NCBI RefSeq assembly: GCF_006345805.1
Contig: NC_042998.1
Coordinates: 16,616,001 to 16,680,000, forward strand
DNA: 64,000 bases
Reading direction: 5' to 3'
DNA from: Octopus sinensis
Taxonomy: Eukaryota
Positions within the stretch are counted from its first letter, which is position 1; each line of letters starts with the position of its first letter. The notes beneath the pieces are model-generated. The model saw nothing but the letters and a program-made list of their open reading frames with translations, made no database searches and was not told the origin of the DNA. Both the position numbers and the translations under genes were made by a program. This document shows positions 1 through 12,904 of this stretch, one piece after another.

Positions 1-511
1 CATTTGGATTGATAGAAGGATTTAAAATAGTTATGAATAAGCAATTACGCTATAAAGCTTTTGATTCGTCAAAAGGGATTTCACTTTAATCGATAATAAA
101 AACGAAAATTTGTCAGTTATACTACTTTCAACTTTATTTAATAAGAAAAAAATATTTTCCTCATTTGACATTCCTACACGTATCTCAGTTCCACAGTTGT
201 CTTAGGTCCCTTTAATACAATTGTTTCGTGCATTTAATCCATTTATATTGAATTAGTTCCTCTCGACCTTCTAACGCAAACGTTGCCAATCATGTACACT
301 CATATTTAAGGTGATTTCCATGCGGGTGGGATGAAACGAATCGAAAATTACATTAGTTAATATAAGTATGTTTGGTGCTGGAATATGAAAAACTAAGACA
401 AAAGACAGAAGAGGGGGTAGTCAGGTATTACATGTTCTAGTTTCATATCGATTTAGAATAAGCTGTTTAGATATTGAAAATGCAGAGTTTTACCTTCCCT
501 TAAAAACTCCT

Positions 512-705
512 TCAATTAAAGGCACAATGACTGATATGTTGGAGAGGGGGCCAGTTGATTAGATCGACTACAGTACACAACTGGTACTTAATTGCTACCG
601 AAAGGATGAAAGGCAAAATCACCCGCCAGAATTTGAACTGAGAACGTACAGACGAACTAAATGCCACTAAGCATTTTCCCCGCCATGCTAACAATTCTGA
701 CAGTT
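512..705 (-). mobile_element. tRNA-derived SINE, family S1 (degraded copy)
   Basis: Similar to 720-939 (shared cctttcatcctttcgg..aattaagtaccagtt core), with a degenerate B box (cagttcaaatt) on the minus strand. Confidence 0.75.
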
Positions 706-719
706 CTGTTTTCTTATTA

Positions 720-939
720 CCCACAAGGGGTAATAGAGGGGACAAACAAACAAAGACAGACAAACGAATTAAGTCGATTACAACGACCCCATTGTGTAAC
801 TGGTACTTAATTTATCGACCCCGAAAGGATGAAAGGCAAAGTCGACCTCGGCGGAATTTGAACTCAGAACGCAGCGGCGGACGAAATACCGCAAAGCATT
901 TCGCCCGGCGTGTTAACGATTCTGCCAGCTCGCCGCCTT
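720..939 (-). mobile_element. tRNA-derived SINE, family S1
   Basis: Minus strand starts aaggcggcgagctggcagaatcgttaacacgccgggcg (A-box-like) and contains gagttcaaattcc (B box). Related copies at 45655, 46288 and 57930. Confidence 0.85.
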
Positions 940-1343
940 ACTTTTTCGTTAATATTAATGTTTCTTAAGTAGGTCTGGTTTTATTAACATCACGAGCTCC
1001 TTATATTGAAGATAATTTAAATGGGCAGGTTTAAAAAAAAAAGATGGAAGATGAAGCCATAATTTTTTGTTACTGGATTTCTTGACTTAAACGTAACAAG
1101 AGATTATTATAATAGTAAAATATGAATTGAACTGAATAAAATAAATTTCTAGTAGAATTATGTTTCTTGATCGATAAAGCAATAAATGTAGAAAAGATAT
1201 CATAGTTAAACAATTCTGTTGAATAGTCTCTCTATCTATGTATTTAAACATATATTTAGACAAACCTAGGTATATGAATATGTTCTTTATCATTTTCTTT
1301 CTTTTCACAATTATTTCATGAAATAACGCAGAGGTTCAGTACT

Positions 1344-3335
1344 ATGGCGTCATTACGAAGGATATATTTGAATTCCCCAGCCACCTTTTGTTATATATGT
1401 GGGTGTTTTACAGCTCCAAGTCAAAGAATGAACATTAGTGGCTTGGTGAAAAGGTCCTACTTTGCTTATATTAAGATTAAAGCTGGTGATCAGGACAAAT
1501 TGTGGGCCCTGCACAATGTATGTAAACTCTGTATCGAAAATCTACACTAATGGACAATGGGTCAAGGAAACAACTAATATTTGGCATTCCTATGGTATAC
1601 CCAGATAACGATGTAAACGATTGCTAATTTTTGTCTCACAGAGACGTCTTGTTATAGCAAGCGACTGCGACAGAAATTAAGTTACCCAAGCCTGGATTCA
1701 TCAATTCGGTCAGTGCTTCATTCAAATGAAATACCAGTACACGTTTTCAAGGATCTACCCTCACTGCAAGATTAAAGTGGTATATGCGAAGCAGATGTAA
1801 ATCATGAACATGACAGTGATAGATACTTTGTAGAAACTTTGACCAAAGAACGCGATAACTTGAACCGGGCAAAAATGAATGATTTAGTTTACAGACCCAG
1901 GACTATCAAAAGCGTTACCAGAACTGTTAACGAGAAGAATTTGTAGAAAAAAAAAACAAATGTTATATTTTGGGGAAACATAGAAAAAGATTTCTTGGCA
2001 TTCTTTACAACTAGAAAGGCTTCTGTTTACTGTTGTTTCTCTTGAACACTATTATCCTTGTGAACGGAGACCTTTTATAGATAGTTCAAAGAAGAGTTTG
2101 ATATGCGTATTACTCCATAATGGGAACTTGTTTGGGATGCTTCTTTGGTCACACTGTGCACTTGAATGAGAATTATGATCTCACAAATGTTATATTACAT
2201 TTACTCAATTATGATTAACACAAATGGGTCATAATCGTAGATATAAAAATGTTCAATTTTTACTTGTCCAACAAGGAGGTCATACTAAATATGCATGATT
2301 CCTGTCTTTATTGGATAGCCGAGGTAGAGACGACATTGGGAACAGTTGCTCTTGTCAGTTAGAAAACGTTTGACGGTTTGTGAAAAGAATATCATACACC
2401 AGCCAAATATTGAGTGGGAGAAATTAATATTCATACCCCTCCATATTCAACGAGAATTAAAGAAGCAATTTGCGAAAGCTCTTAATTTGGAGAGAAACTG
2501 TTTCAAATTCATATTTACAAGATTTCCTGGCCTTAGTTATGATAAAATAACGGTTGGTGTTTTGTTGGGCCACAAATGAGAAATTTAATGAAATGCCAGA
2601 ATTTCTCGAGCTCAGTGACTGACATAGAAAAAAGAGCATGGTATTCATTTGTGACTGTTGTAAAAGGATTTTTAGGGACTGAGAAGTCTGCTAAGTGAAA
2701 AGTCTCTTTAGAGGAAATACTTGATAGCTTTCACCATTATGGCTGCCACATGAGCATAGAGCTTCACTCCCTCAATAGGCATCTCAATGAGTTCAATGCT
2801 ATCACGGAGACGTGAACGATGGGCATGCTGAGCGTTTTCATCAAGCTATCAAGATTAAGGAGGATAGATGTCAAGGCCTATGAAACACACACATGATAGC
2901 ATACCAAAGTTATGTATTCAAAGAGACTGGGTTTATATGAAACACTTCAGACGCTCTGGCAGTCGGGAATTTTTAGCGGGATTATGAAAGTTATGTGTAT
3001 GATGGTTTACGTTTTATCCATCATATCAGAGAATTATTTATGTATGTATTTAGTAAAGGGCGATTATGTTATGTATGTATTTAGTAAAAAATGTGATGCT
3101 ATCTTATATTTCATTTATCGTTTCATCTTCTATTGGCATTATAGCTTATGATTTGAAGCTATAAGACTTAGTAAACTGCGCTGACCAAGTAGATTATTTA
3201 TGCAGTTCATCATAAAACAGGGATATGCAATGGAATGAAAACTTGATACGTTGGGACAAATGGATGCCATATTTGAAAGTAGTATCTCAGGATTAAAAAC
3301 GCCCACAAAAGTTACCAAAATGTATGTTGACCACT
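1344..3335 (+). pseudogene. Decayed DNA-transposon transposase, Chapaev3-like (CMC superfamily)
   Basis: N-terminal FCYICG...GDQDKLWALHNVCKLC zinc-finger-like motif (ORF 1344-1550), PLHIQRELKKQFAKAL...FPGLSYDKI (ORF 2346-2579), and C-terminal GFLG...GCHMSI.LH...ERFHQ in broken frames near 2660-2930. Many stops and frameshifts. Family name is from recalled motifs; the left TIR was not found. Confidence 0.7.
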
Positions 3336-3477
3336 GTTATCATAGTTATTTATATTTTTGCCATTAATTGCTGTAGTTGGCTCGTAGTATCGAACACACT
3401 CAATGTGAAAGCAAATTGAGCACTAGAGCAGAATTTCATTAAATAAATGTCAACATGAATAACACACCATTATTCGC

Positions 3478-3550
<73 letters not shown>
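3478..3550. repeat. (TA)n microsatellite
   Basis: Direct reading. Confidence 0.95.
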
Positions 3551-3553
<3 letters not shown>

Positions 3554-3784
3554 TAACAATATAGGATGAAGTCCCTTTCTCTACAGAAAAGGAATCCAAC
3601 AGGAAGCGTGGGCAGTATATTTAAAAAAACCGTTACGGTTGAAGTATAAACATCATATAATTAAGGGCTAAAGAGGGTTATTCTAAAGCCAATACACTGA
3701 TTTATCCACTTATAATCCGCTTGCCACAGGAGAATTGAAACTGAAAACGGGCAACTAACCTTTAGAAAATTTAAATTTCGTTAT

Positions 3785-3845
3785 CTCTATATTGAATCAA
3801 TTTCGGAATTAATCTTATAAAATATATATTCTTTCTTCAGTAGAG
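3785..3845 (-). ncRNA. Type I hammerhead ribozyme fold
   Basis: Minus strand CTCTA-CTGAAGA-[imperfect stem II]-GAA-ATTGATTCAAT-A-TAGAG: 5-bp stem I, intact core, 4-bp stem III, AUA cleavage triplet. Confidence 0.7.
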
Positions 3846-4451
3846 CTTTCGATGGGATATAAATAAAATACTCACGTATGATCATGGAAAAAGCACAAGC
3901 TAAAAACACAACTACACTTGAGTACATCACTTATATCTAAAAATAAAAATTCTTTGGTCAGCCTCAGAAACAACGTCTTGACCTTTCGCCGCTACAAATT
4001 GTAATGGTTATCGGTCCTCACGTAGCAAGCAGCGAGTTTACTACTAACAATATAGGATGAAGTCCCTTTCTCTACAGAAAAGGAATCCATCAGGAAGCGT
4101 GGGCAGTATATTTAAAAAAAACCGTTACGGTTGAAGTATAAACATCATATAATTAAGGGCTAAAGAGGGTTATTCTAAAGCCAATACACTGATTTATCCA
4201 CTTATAATCGCTTGCTACAGGAGAATTGAAACTGAAAACGGGCAACTAACCTTTAGAAAATTTAAATTTCGGTATCTCTATATGGAATCAATTTCGGAAT
4301 TAATCTTACAATTTGTAGCGGCGAAAGGTCAAGACGTTGTTTCTGAGGCTGACCAAAGAATTTTTATTTTTAGATATAAGTGTAGTTATGTTTTTAGCTT
4401 GTGCTTTTTCCATGATCATACGTTAGTATTTTATTTATATCCCATCGAAAG

Positions 4452-4512
4452 CTCTACTGAAGAAAGAATATATATTTTATAAGATTAATTCCGAAATTGA
4501 TTCAATATAGAG
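4452..4512 (+). ncRNA. Type I hammerhead ribozyme fold (inverted copy of 3785-3845)
   Basis: ctcta CTGAAGA aagaatatatattttataagattaattcc GAA attgattcaat A tagag read directly. Confidence 0.7.
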
Positions 4513-4639
4513 ATAACGAAATTTAAATTTTCTAAAGGTTAGTTGCCCGTTTTCAGTTTCAATTCTCCTGTAGCAAGCGGATTATAAGTGGATAAATCAG
4601 TGTATTGGCTTTAGAATAACCCTCTTTAGCCCTTAATTA

Positions 4640-4647
<8 letters not shown>

Positions 4648-4711
<64 letters not shown>

Positions 4712-4713
4712 AA

Positions 4714-4763
<50 letters not shown>

Positions 4764-4795
4764 ATGTGTGTGTTTAGAGAGAGACAGATATAGAC

Positions 4796-4858
<63 letters not shown>

Positions 4859-4860
4859 TA
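4648..4860. repeat. Compound microsatellite (TA/GATA/GA/TG)
   Basis: Direct reading. Confidence 0.95.
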
Positions 4861-5457
4861 ATGGCAGGCATGTTGCTTTGACTGGGGCGATTCTTCCAGA
4901 ACCCGATGATTGAGGGTTCGATTCCACTGCGTGGAAATCTGGTGGACTTGCTTCTAAAATAATCCCTGATTGACCAATGACTCGAGAGTGAAGTATGTCC
5001 TATATATGTGCGTGTGCCTAGATCTGCATGAATGTGTGGGAATATTTGAGTTGCTAGTACGTCTTTATTTTGTTGCATTTGACAAATTTTTTTCTCACCT
5101 AAGTTTTCTCTTCGCTAGATATGGTTTGAAACAACAAAATGCGGTTGTTCGTTTTCTGTATTCCTAGACGTTCCTACTATCATTTAGAAGATGATAGTTC
5201 CATATATTTCTTGAAGGCCGATAACGTACATGAGAGATACAATTCGAATCTAGCACGCATTCTTATGAAAATGCTGCGAAAATCCTGCGATAAGATCGAA
5301 GAAATGAGAGAAGAAAAAAACTTATCAATATACAAACGTGAAATGATATCAGACAGAAACACGTATAATGCTGAAATTGTGAAGTTATGTATGCGTGTAC
5401 ACGTGTGTGAAGGAGGCCACGTATCTCAATAAATTACATCGTATACTCTTACAAACA

Positions 5458-5508
<51 letters not shown>

Positions 5509-5553
5509 GTAAATACATATACATTCATATCCATATGTGTGTATGTGCGTGCG

Positions 5554-5585
<32 letters not shown>

Positions 5586-7249
5586 GCTATTTATATTATC
5601 TATCCATCTTATCTCACTCTCCCTCTCTCTCTCTCTCTTTCTGTTCATCTATCTATCCGATTACGTATACGTATATAAAAGTTCCATTTAACTCCATACG
5701 TGCAGTCATGAGCATCGCTGAAATGGATGTTTTCAAATGCTTTCTCCTGCTGTTATACGCCCGTTCTAAAACCTGGAAAGTATTTGGCTCCTTTTTGTTC
5801 TTGTGTTGCAAACAAGAAAACACTGTTTCGTTAACAACAAAGAATCACCCAAAACAGATTATATAAAAAAAAAAAATATTTCTTCCGCAAAGGATTTTAG
5901 CAATACGTGCATTGTTGAAATCGATAACAAAACCGTATTAGCGACCGAAAAAGTACTCAATCTTTGAGCTATTGTAGATGTTTTAAATATACAACTTGTT
6001 TCCCTTTGTCTCTGAAGTCTAATCCAATTATGCTATGAAAAAGCCCGAGAATATTCCTCGATTGTATATTAAAAGTTTCAAGAAAACTGGAAAACATCTC
6101 AAGGCACTTCATAGTAAACAGTTGTGGCAGCAGACATTTTTCAATAGAGGGAAAATAATGATTGGAAATCGTATACCAAATGTGCCACAATGAAATGCAG
6201 AAACGAAAGTACTTGTGGCCACCAGTTCCATCATTACACACACCAATTAATTCGGTGTTCATGTATGAGTACCCAATAGAAAATATAGTAGTATACATAA
6301 ATCTGATTTTTAAAACTATAATGTGCAAGCATATATCCAGTTTCTTGAAGTTATTGTTAAGTAATGGATTATTTTGACGAGACTTTGCGAAAGATCTACG
6401 GGTTTGATAGTAAATTATATTGACGGTATAACTGTCGTTTGTACAAACCACGTCACGTTAAGTATTGGAACATCAACATCTACCTTATTTGCTGCTGTTA
6501 TTCTGCTCGAACCCATTCGGTGTAACAGCAATCGAGATATTTGCTGAGTACACATTAAAGAAAAATATCATTGTAAGAAATGCAACAGGGTAATATCATT
6601 AAAGGCATTCATCATGAATCTATGCCGCAATATGGAGCATTTAAATACCGTTATAAAGTGTAAGGTGCATAAGTTCATAGCATGAGTGCAACAAATCCAG
6701 TGACAATTATAAAGATATTCTACCCTAAAATCTTAATGAGAAATTAATAACTTCTAAATATGAAAGGAAGACCTTAGTTCACAGGGAAAATATTGCAATG
6801 AAAGGTTCTCTTCCCTTCGTTTTCATTGACGATCCGGTTTGAAGCAAGACTTTAATCGGAATACATGGCTTGATGAAATACATTACCAACAACGTACCAA
6901 AACCAAAAGTAAGCCTGCGCGATCAGTGATGAAATTTTAGTTAACGCTATAGGATAGACGCTCAAAAGGAAAGCAGAGTAAGCTATTTATTTCATATTTG
7001 GATACTAATGCAAAATATTTTGTCTTCATACTTTATAGAAATTATTTCTGTAATTTCAAAACGGAATGGTTGATCAAAATCACTTAGAAATAACTATATG
7101 TCTATGGACAGGTAGAGTGAAATCACATCATTACTGCCAACTATACAACCTCTGAGGTCATTAGAGTGGTTGCAATTACTGATTTTACTGAGGAGATCTT
7201 CCATGGTCACACAGACATCTGGAGACATCTCTATGACAATTGGACAGTC

Positions 7250-8170
7250 TCTAGTTGCAGAACGAATATCTCCAGAAACTATGGACTGTCTTTCTTCCTC
7301 TCACAAGTGTTACGACCTCTCATAGAGATTCTCCAAATATCTGTGTGAGCACGGAAGATCTACTCTGTAAAATCACTACTTTCAACCACGCCAACGACCT
7401 TACAGATTGTGTAGTGGGTAGTATTGATCTGTTTGCACTCTACCCATCTATAGACATAGATTTCGCTGTGGAGAAATGCATTGAGGTAATCTGTGAGAGT
7501 GAAGAAGAGTTCCGTGAGGTTAACACAAGGGACTGTGCCTCCTTCTTAGGCTAAGCGACTATTTAAATGACCATGACCGCAGTAGATTTGGCCCCATTAA
7601 GTCACAGAGGGAAAGATCACCCACCATCACGTCAGCATGAGGAAAAGCACCGCAGATCACTGGAGTGAGTAGAGCGTACCTACCAAAAATCTTGAAAGCA
7701 GCAATCAGATGAAAGAAATGATTACACATGCGATAGGGGTCAGTGTAACAACCACCTTGAATAACCACATAGTAAAGTTTAACAAAAAGCTATTCATGCA
7801 GGTTCAAGATACGGCCATTGGTGTCGGTGTAGTTGGAGGTGTGGCTGGTCTCTTCATGACCTGGTGGGGTAGATAACCTAAGCAGAAATGTCCACGACTC
7901 TCTACTCTACAGTAGGTATGTAGATGACATTCATATCATAGTTAAGACCAACTGTAGTAACAGTAACGTAGAAACTGATAGGAACGTAATGGAGAGCATC
8001 CGGCAAGTAGCGAACTCTATACACCAAAGTATCAAGTTAACTATAGATTACCCCACTAGGCACCCCAACAATAGACTCCCCGTCCTTGATACTGAACTTT
8101 GGTTAGAGACTGTGAACAATGGAGTGTAGCACCTCCAATCCTATTACGTGAAACCCATTGATAGTAGATA
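7250..8170 (+). pseudogene. Penelope-like element (PLE) reverse transcriptase relic
   Basis: Broken frames give GSIDLFALYPSID (about 7417), TAIG (about 7812), SRYVDDI (about 7911-7931), YPTRHPNNRLPVLD (about 8049-8090) and YYVKP, in PLE RT motif order. No GIY-YIG domain seen. Confidence 0.8.
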
Positions 8171-8236
8171 TATATTGAAAATATAGTAAAAAAGGCTAAT
8201 TGCAGTGCGTCGGATAAGTGGATTCTTGTTGCTTAC

Positions 8237-8803
8237 CCCTTCGTTGCCCGGCGGGGTTGTAATTATTCAAAGGCCATTGGGATCCGGAGCGAGCCCCTTT
8301 TATTTTTGCGCATTTTAGCACTATCCATAAAGAAATATTTCTTTGATGTGTGCATGATACAGAGCAAGAAATCTAGCACTTTATAGGTATATATTTATAC
8401 CCATTATCATTTAATGGGGTGGGGATTAAAATATAATTTATTGACTGGAAAGACATTTATTGAAAGAAATCAACAATTTTTATAGCTTTATGCACTATAA
8501 TATAGGCCTAAATATGAAATGAAGCAAAACTATTTAGTATATCGATTCATACAGTACAAATACGAACAATTTTGACTTATAGTTCACCAGAATATCTGCA
8601 AAAAAGCCAATTGGGTCCAGTTGGACCTCATTGACCATATTGTATGCTATCATGGAAATTTTTAACTCAAAATTTATATGAGCATACATAAACTATTGGC
8701 AATTAAAGTCATGAGATATAAAATCATTGAAATAAAAAATGTAAAAGTTGCATAACTTTAAAATTTGCTGGGCTCCCATGGGATCCCACCGGCCTACGCA
8801 GGG
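8237..8803. mobile_element. piggyBac-like MITE
   Basis: Right end ...cctacgcAGGG|TTAA; left end TTAC|CCCTtcgttgcccggcggg matches the reverse complement of the right end (CCCTgcgtaggccggtggg). TTAA-type TSD with one mismatch. Confidence 0.65.
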
Positions 8804-10874
8804 TTAAAGAGAAACAGGGTATTGCAGTTCGCGTATATCGAGTAGCAAGTTGAGGGATAGGTGTAATATATCAACAGATATCATTTCTATCAATGTCGTG
8901 GGAAATAAAACTTAATGACATTGTTTAACAGCAAATCGACTGGTATAACAACGACCAAATTTTTTTGAAAGAAAAATCATATTACATAAAAAAGTGGGAA
9001 GTTACTTTGCATAATGTTGTCGCTGATGCATTATACACGCAAAAAAATTTACAGGATGGTCATAGCTTCTATCACATCTGATGGGAGTTTCTTCTCCATC
9101 TGAGTTGCTCTGCGGTGAAACAAGACCAAGGAATATGAGTGTCGACTACATGCACCAGTGTATAATTTTGTTAGTTGCAATTGTAGTTTAAAGTACTGCA
9201 TTCACATTTTCCATGTGAAGACATATTAGCATTGATGTTGCTTATTTTCCTCGAGGTTATATGGAACACAACACTCTAAAGCTACAAATATCTTCAATAA
9301 GGCCTGATATCATTAATGAGATTTCGTCGACACGAGTTAAAGTAATTACGTTAAGAGTTATTTGCATTCACGATGTTTCTCCTTATGTAGAAATAGTATT
9401 GCTGAAAAACGTTGTGCAAATAATTACATTAAAAGATATTTCACTTAAATAAAGACAATTGCTGAATATTTAGTATTTTACAAGTATATGAGTAAGTGTC
9501 AGGAACTATCTATAGTAATAAAACATAATTTAGCCAAGCAAGAGCCGAGTAGCGGATAAAGTCGTCACTATATCACTTTGTTCAGAAATGGTTCGGCTGT
9601 CTTCAACTTTGATTTCAAAGCGTTTTGCCAGTATAGCTGCTATATAAATATAATATCTGCGAATTTACGACCATCGTCCACCATTTTATTATTTCTCAAC
9701 CTTTGCTAGTAAAATATTTGCTTTCAATTCTTTTACCCGCTTTCAGTGCATTTTCGAGAATAAATATTTTATTGCGTGTTATATTGTATTAGGAAGGCAA
9801 GAAGCTATTTGCATACTAGGTTTATAGCATAGTAGATAGTAATAAAAGCTTAACATTTTGTATGCTGAATAAAAACATTATGAGCTAAATCCGGTTAGTT
9901 CATGTTAGGGAAAGTTGTACCATGCTCCTAAAGTCTGATTTAAAATCCTTCCCTTTCCTTCATGAGCTAACATTTTGCGTTTTATGAACCTCACACTTGC
10001 TTCATGTTCCACTAGCTAAGAACCATACCAGCATTAGTGTGATAATGATATTTAACTACCGTTCCCGTGGATATAGTAAAATACTGACTATCCGATACGT
10101 AAGCACATGAAATAAACCGAGAAACATATTTATTGCAGCAAAATAATTTTAGATATTAGACGTACATAGAGGCTAAATGGCTGATTGAACGATCAATTAG
10201 ATTAACTTTTTTATTTCTTTGTGACTTGGTATTTACTAAAGGCGTTTTTATTATGTCTCTTTACATAATATTTGACAATAAATTCGTCGGATTTTGAATT
10301 CGTGAGAAATATTCCTGCTATGAATAATAATGCAGAAGGAAAACTCAAATCTTGAGGGTGACATAACACCTGTCCATTTAAAATTATGGATTGTGGAAGT
10401 AAGCTTCAACATTCAAAATGACGCTGTAATTTGTTGAAGAGTTTTATACTACTGAATTTCAATGACAAAAGACAAACATAAATTATATTTGGCTCTCAGC
10501 CATTTCAGCGATAAATGATATCAGAAAACTTGTAATTCATCCGTTTAATAGAAGCAATGTGTACGCGAAAGGACGAATATCTCACAGCATTATGCATTAA
10601 CTACGACAAACGAGATATATTTCTATCGCTGCGTCGCTCAGTAATGAAAATCTGATTCAAATTGAATTCATTGGTGTAAACACGACCACATAATCTTACT
10701 GGTGAATAAGATTAATTCTAACGTCTGAAATATGATCAGAATATGTTGAGGAGTTATAGAAGTATTTGTTATCTCTGTTCAGTACTACGCTTTCAAACTC
10801 TAAACGAATTATAATCATTTCCTGATATGAAATATTAGCAATAGAATTACCAAGAAAGTTATATCTGAGAAGGG

Positions 10875-10911
10875 TACAATAATAATAATGATGATGATGA
10901 TGATGATGATG

Positions 10912-10969
<58 letters not shown>

Positions 10970-11150
10970 TGATGATGATGATGATGATGCTGATGCTGAT
11001 GATGATACTGCTGTTGCTGATGATGATGATAATTAATAATAATGATGAGCATGATGGTTGTGGTGGTAGTCGCGGTGATGGTGATAGTGGTTGTGGTGAT
11101 GGTTGTAAGGGTGGTGGTGGTGGTGGTAGTCGTCGTCGTGGTTTCAAATT
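10875..11150. repeat. Compound trinucleotide microsatellite (AAT/GAT/GGT)
   Basis: Direct reading; source of the spurious poly-I/M/T ORFs. Confidence 0.95.
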
Positions 11151-11284
11151 TTTGCAACAATTATGCAACATGGACCTAATTTGGGGGAGATACCAGTGAT
11201 CAACTGGTATTTGTTTTATGACACCAAAGAATGAAAGGTAAAGTCGACTGCAGTCGAATAGTAATAATAATGATAATAATGATA

Positions 11285-11507
11285 CTCTCTTTTACTCTCT
11301 TTTACTTGTTTCAGTCATTTTTACTGTGGCCATGCTGGAGCACGCCTTTAGTCGAGCAAATCGACCCCGGGACTTATTCTTTGTAAGCCCAGTGCTTATT
11401 CTATCGGTCCCTTTTGCCGAACCGCTAAGTGATGGGGACGTAAACACACCAGCATCGGTTGTCAAGCAATGCTAGGGAGACAAACACAGGCACACAAACA
11501 CACACAC

Positions 11508-11552
<45 letters not shown>

Positions 11553-11724
11553 TATATACGACATGCTTCTTTCAGTTTCCGTCTACCAAATCCACTCACA
11601 AGGCATTGGTCGGCCCGGGGCTATAGCAGAAGACACTTGCCCAAGATGCCACGCAGTGGGACTGAACGCGGAACCATGTGGTTGGTTAGCAACAAGCTAC
11701 TTACCACACAGCCACTCCTGCGCC

Positions 11725-11725
<1 letters not shown>
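11285..11725 (-). mobile_element. tRNA-derived SINE, family S2, with internal (CA)/(TA) microsatellite
   Basis: Minus strand aggcgcaggagtggctgtgtggtaag...ggttccgcgttcagtccc...ttgggcaagtgtcttc (CORE-like); near-identical copies at 20536 and 36896. Confidence 0.9.
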
Positions 11726-11801
<76 letters not shown>

Positions 11802-11849
11802 TTAACGATAATAATAATAATAATTAATAAAATGACTGCAAATGGGAAA

Positions 11850-12465
11850 ATGTTTTGTTATTGCAGTACAACATCTTTAAACATGAATCTGCCCCCTCAT
11901 GCAGAATTTGCGGATAATTCGGAGTTAATGATCATGTTGCTTCTGGCTGCCCAGTGCTCACTGAAACGGAGTACCGATTAACACATAACAGACTTGAGCA
12001 GAGCATCCACTGGAATGTTTGTAAATACTACAAAATTAAATCCCTTGATAAGTGGTGCTGACATCATCGAGAGGATGTGCTACTGGTGAGGGTGTCACCA
12101 TACTTTGCTACTTTCCAATACAAACAAAGAGAAAAATTGATTCTAATCGACCAGACATTGTGATCAAGGACTGCAACAGAGGAACTTTTCTGTTATTAGA
12201 TATGTCTGTGTCACAAGGTCAAAATGTTTGAAGTAAGGAATACGAAAAGCTTTCTCACTATAAAGATCTGAAAATTGAAATCATAAAAATGTGCAAGATT
12301 AGTACTGCGATAATACCAGTTGTGATTGGTTTGTTGGGAATGATAAAGAAGGGAGCTGAGGAATATATTACGCAACTCCCTGGTAACTCCAATCTCCGTG
12401 AACTACAAAAGATAATCTTGATGGATACAGTCCATAAACTACGGAAGACACTCTCCCTATAAAAT
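11850..12465 (+). pseudogene. R4/Dong-type LINE 3' fragment (copy 1, degraded)
   Basis: CRICG...HVASGCPVL zinc knuckle, NRPDIVIKD...LLDMS restriction-like endonuclease motif and IPVVIGLLG; follows a (TAA)n array. Confidence 0.8.
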
Positions 12466-12596
12466 GGAATAAATGTGGTGATAACTTTTGCATGCATAGC
12501 AAAACGAATGTGCCCTTGTTACACTTGGCCTCCGGAGGATGCCCGTTACAAAGGCAGCCGAAATACAATTATAAGGAAAGGAAACCATAAATAATA

Positions 12597-12837
12597 ATGC
12601 ATTAAATTCAACTTACGTTGAAAGTCAACAAAGTTTGATGAAGAAGCGTTGAAATGTATTGAAGGATACAGATAAGGAAATAGTATTATTCTCAAACGCA
12701 GAATAATGCTAATAATATAGCATGAACAGGATAAACTATCCGTATTTTGCAGAAAAGGCAGTCGGCGGACAGCCATAAAATTCGAACTCAGTTCTGCGTG
12801 ATTACGCGTCAAGTGCTTTACCATTAAGCGAAACTAC
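12597..12837 (-). mobile_element. tRNA-derived SINE, family S3
   Basis: Minus-strand head aatggtaaagcacttgacgcgtaatcacgcagaactgagttcgaatt (A and B boxes); body shared with 12905-13247. Confidence 0.7.
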
Positions 12838-12904
12838 CCGAACGACAAACTCGTCAGCAAATTTAGGATATATATATATATAGCTTTACAAGTCTCCGTC
12901 GTAC

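Larger units (their letters stand above)
3551..4647 (-). mobile_element. Hammerhead-bearing non-autonomous retroelement (PLE/retrozyme-like): about 1.5 tandem units of a 491-bp monomer plus an inverted segment
   Basis: 3551-3817 is repeated directly at 4042-4308; 3650-4004 is repeated inverted at 4306-4647 with a 13-bp deletion; (TA)n on both sides; hammerhead fold inside. Confidence 0.75.

Noticed and set aside
8890-9060. NVVADAL-like motif suggesting a Gypsy RNase H fragment
   Set aside because: A single short motif in a broken frame; not enough to annotate.
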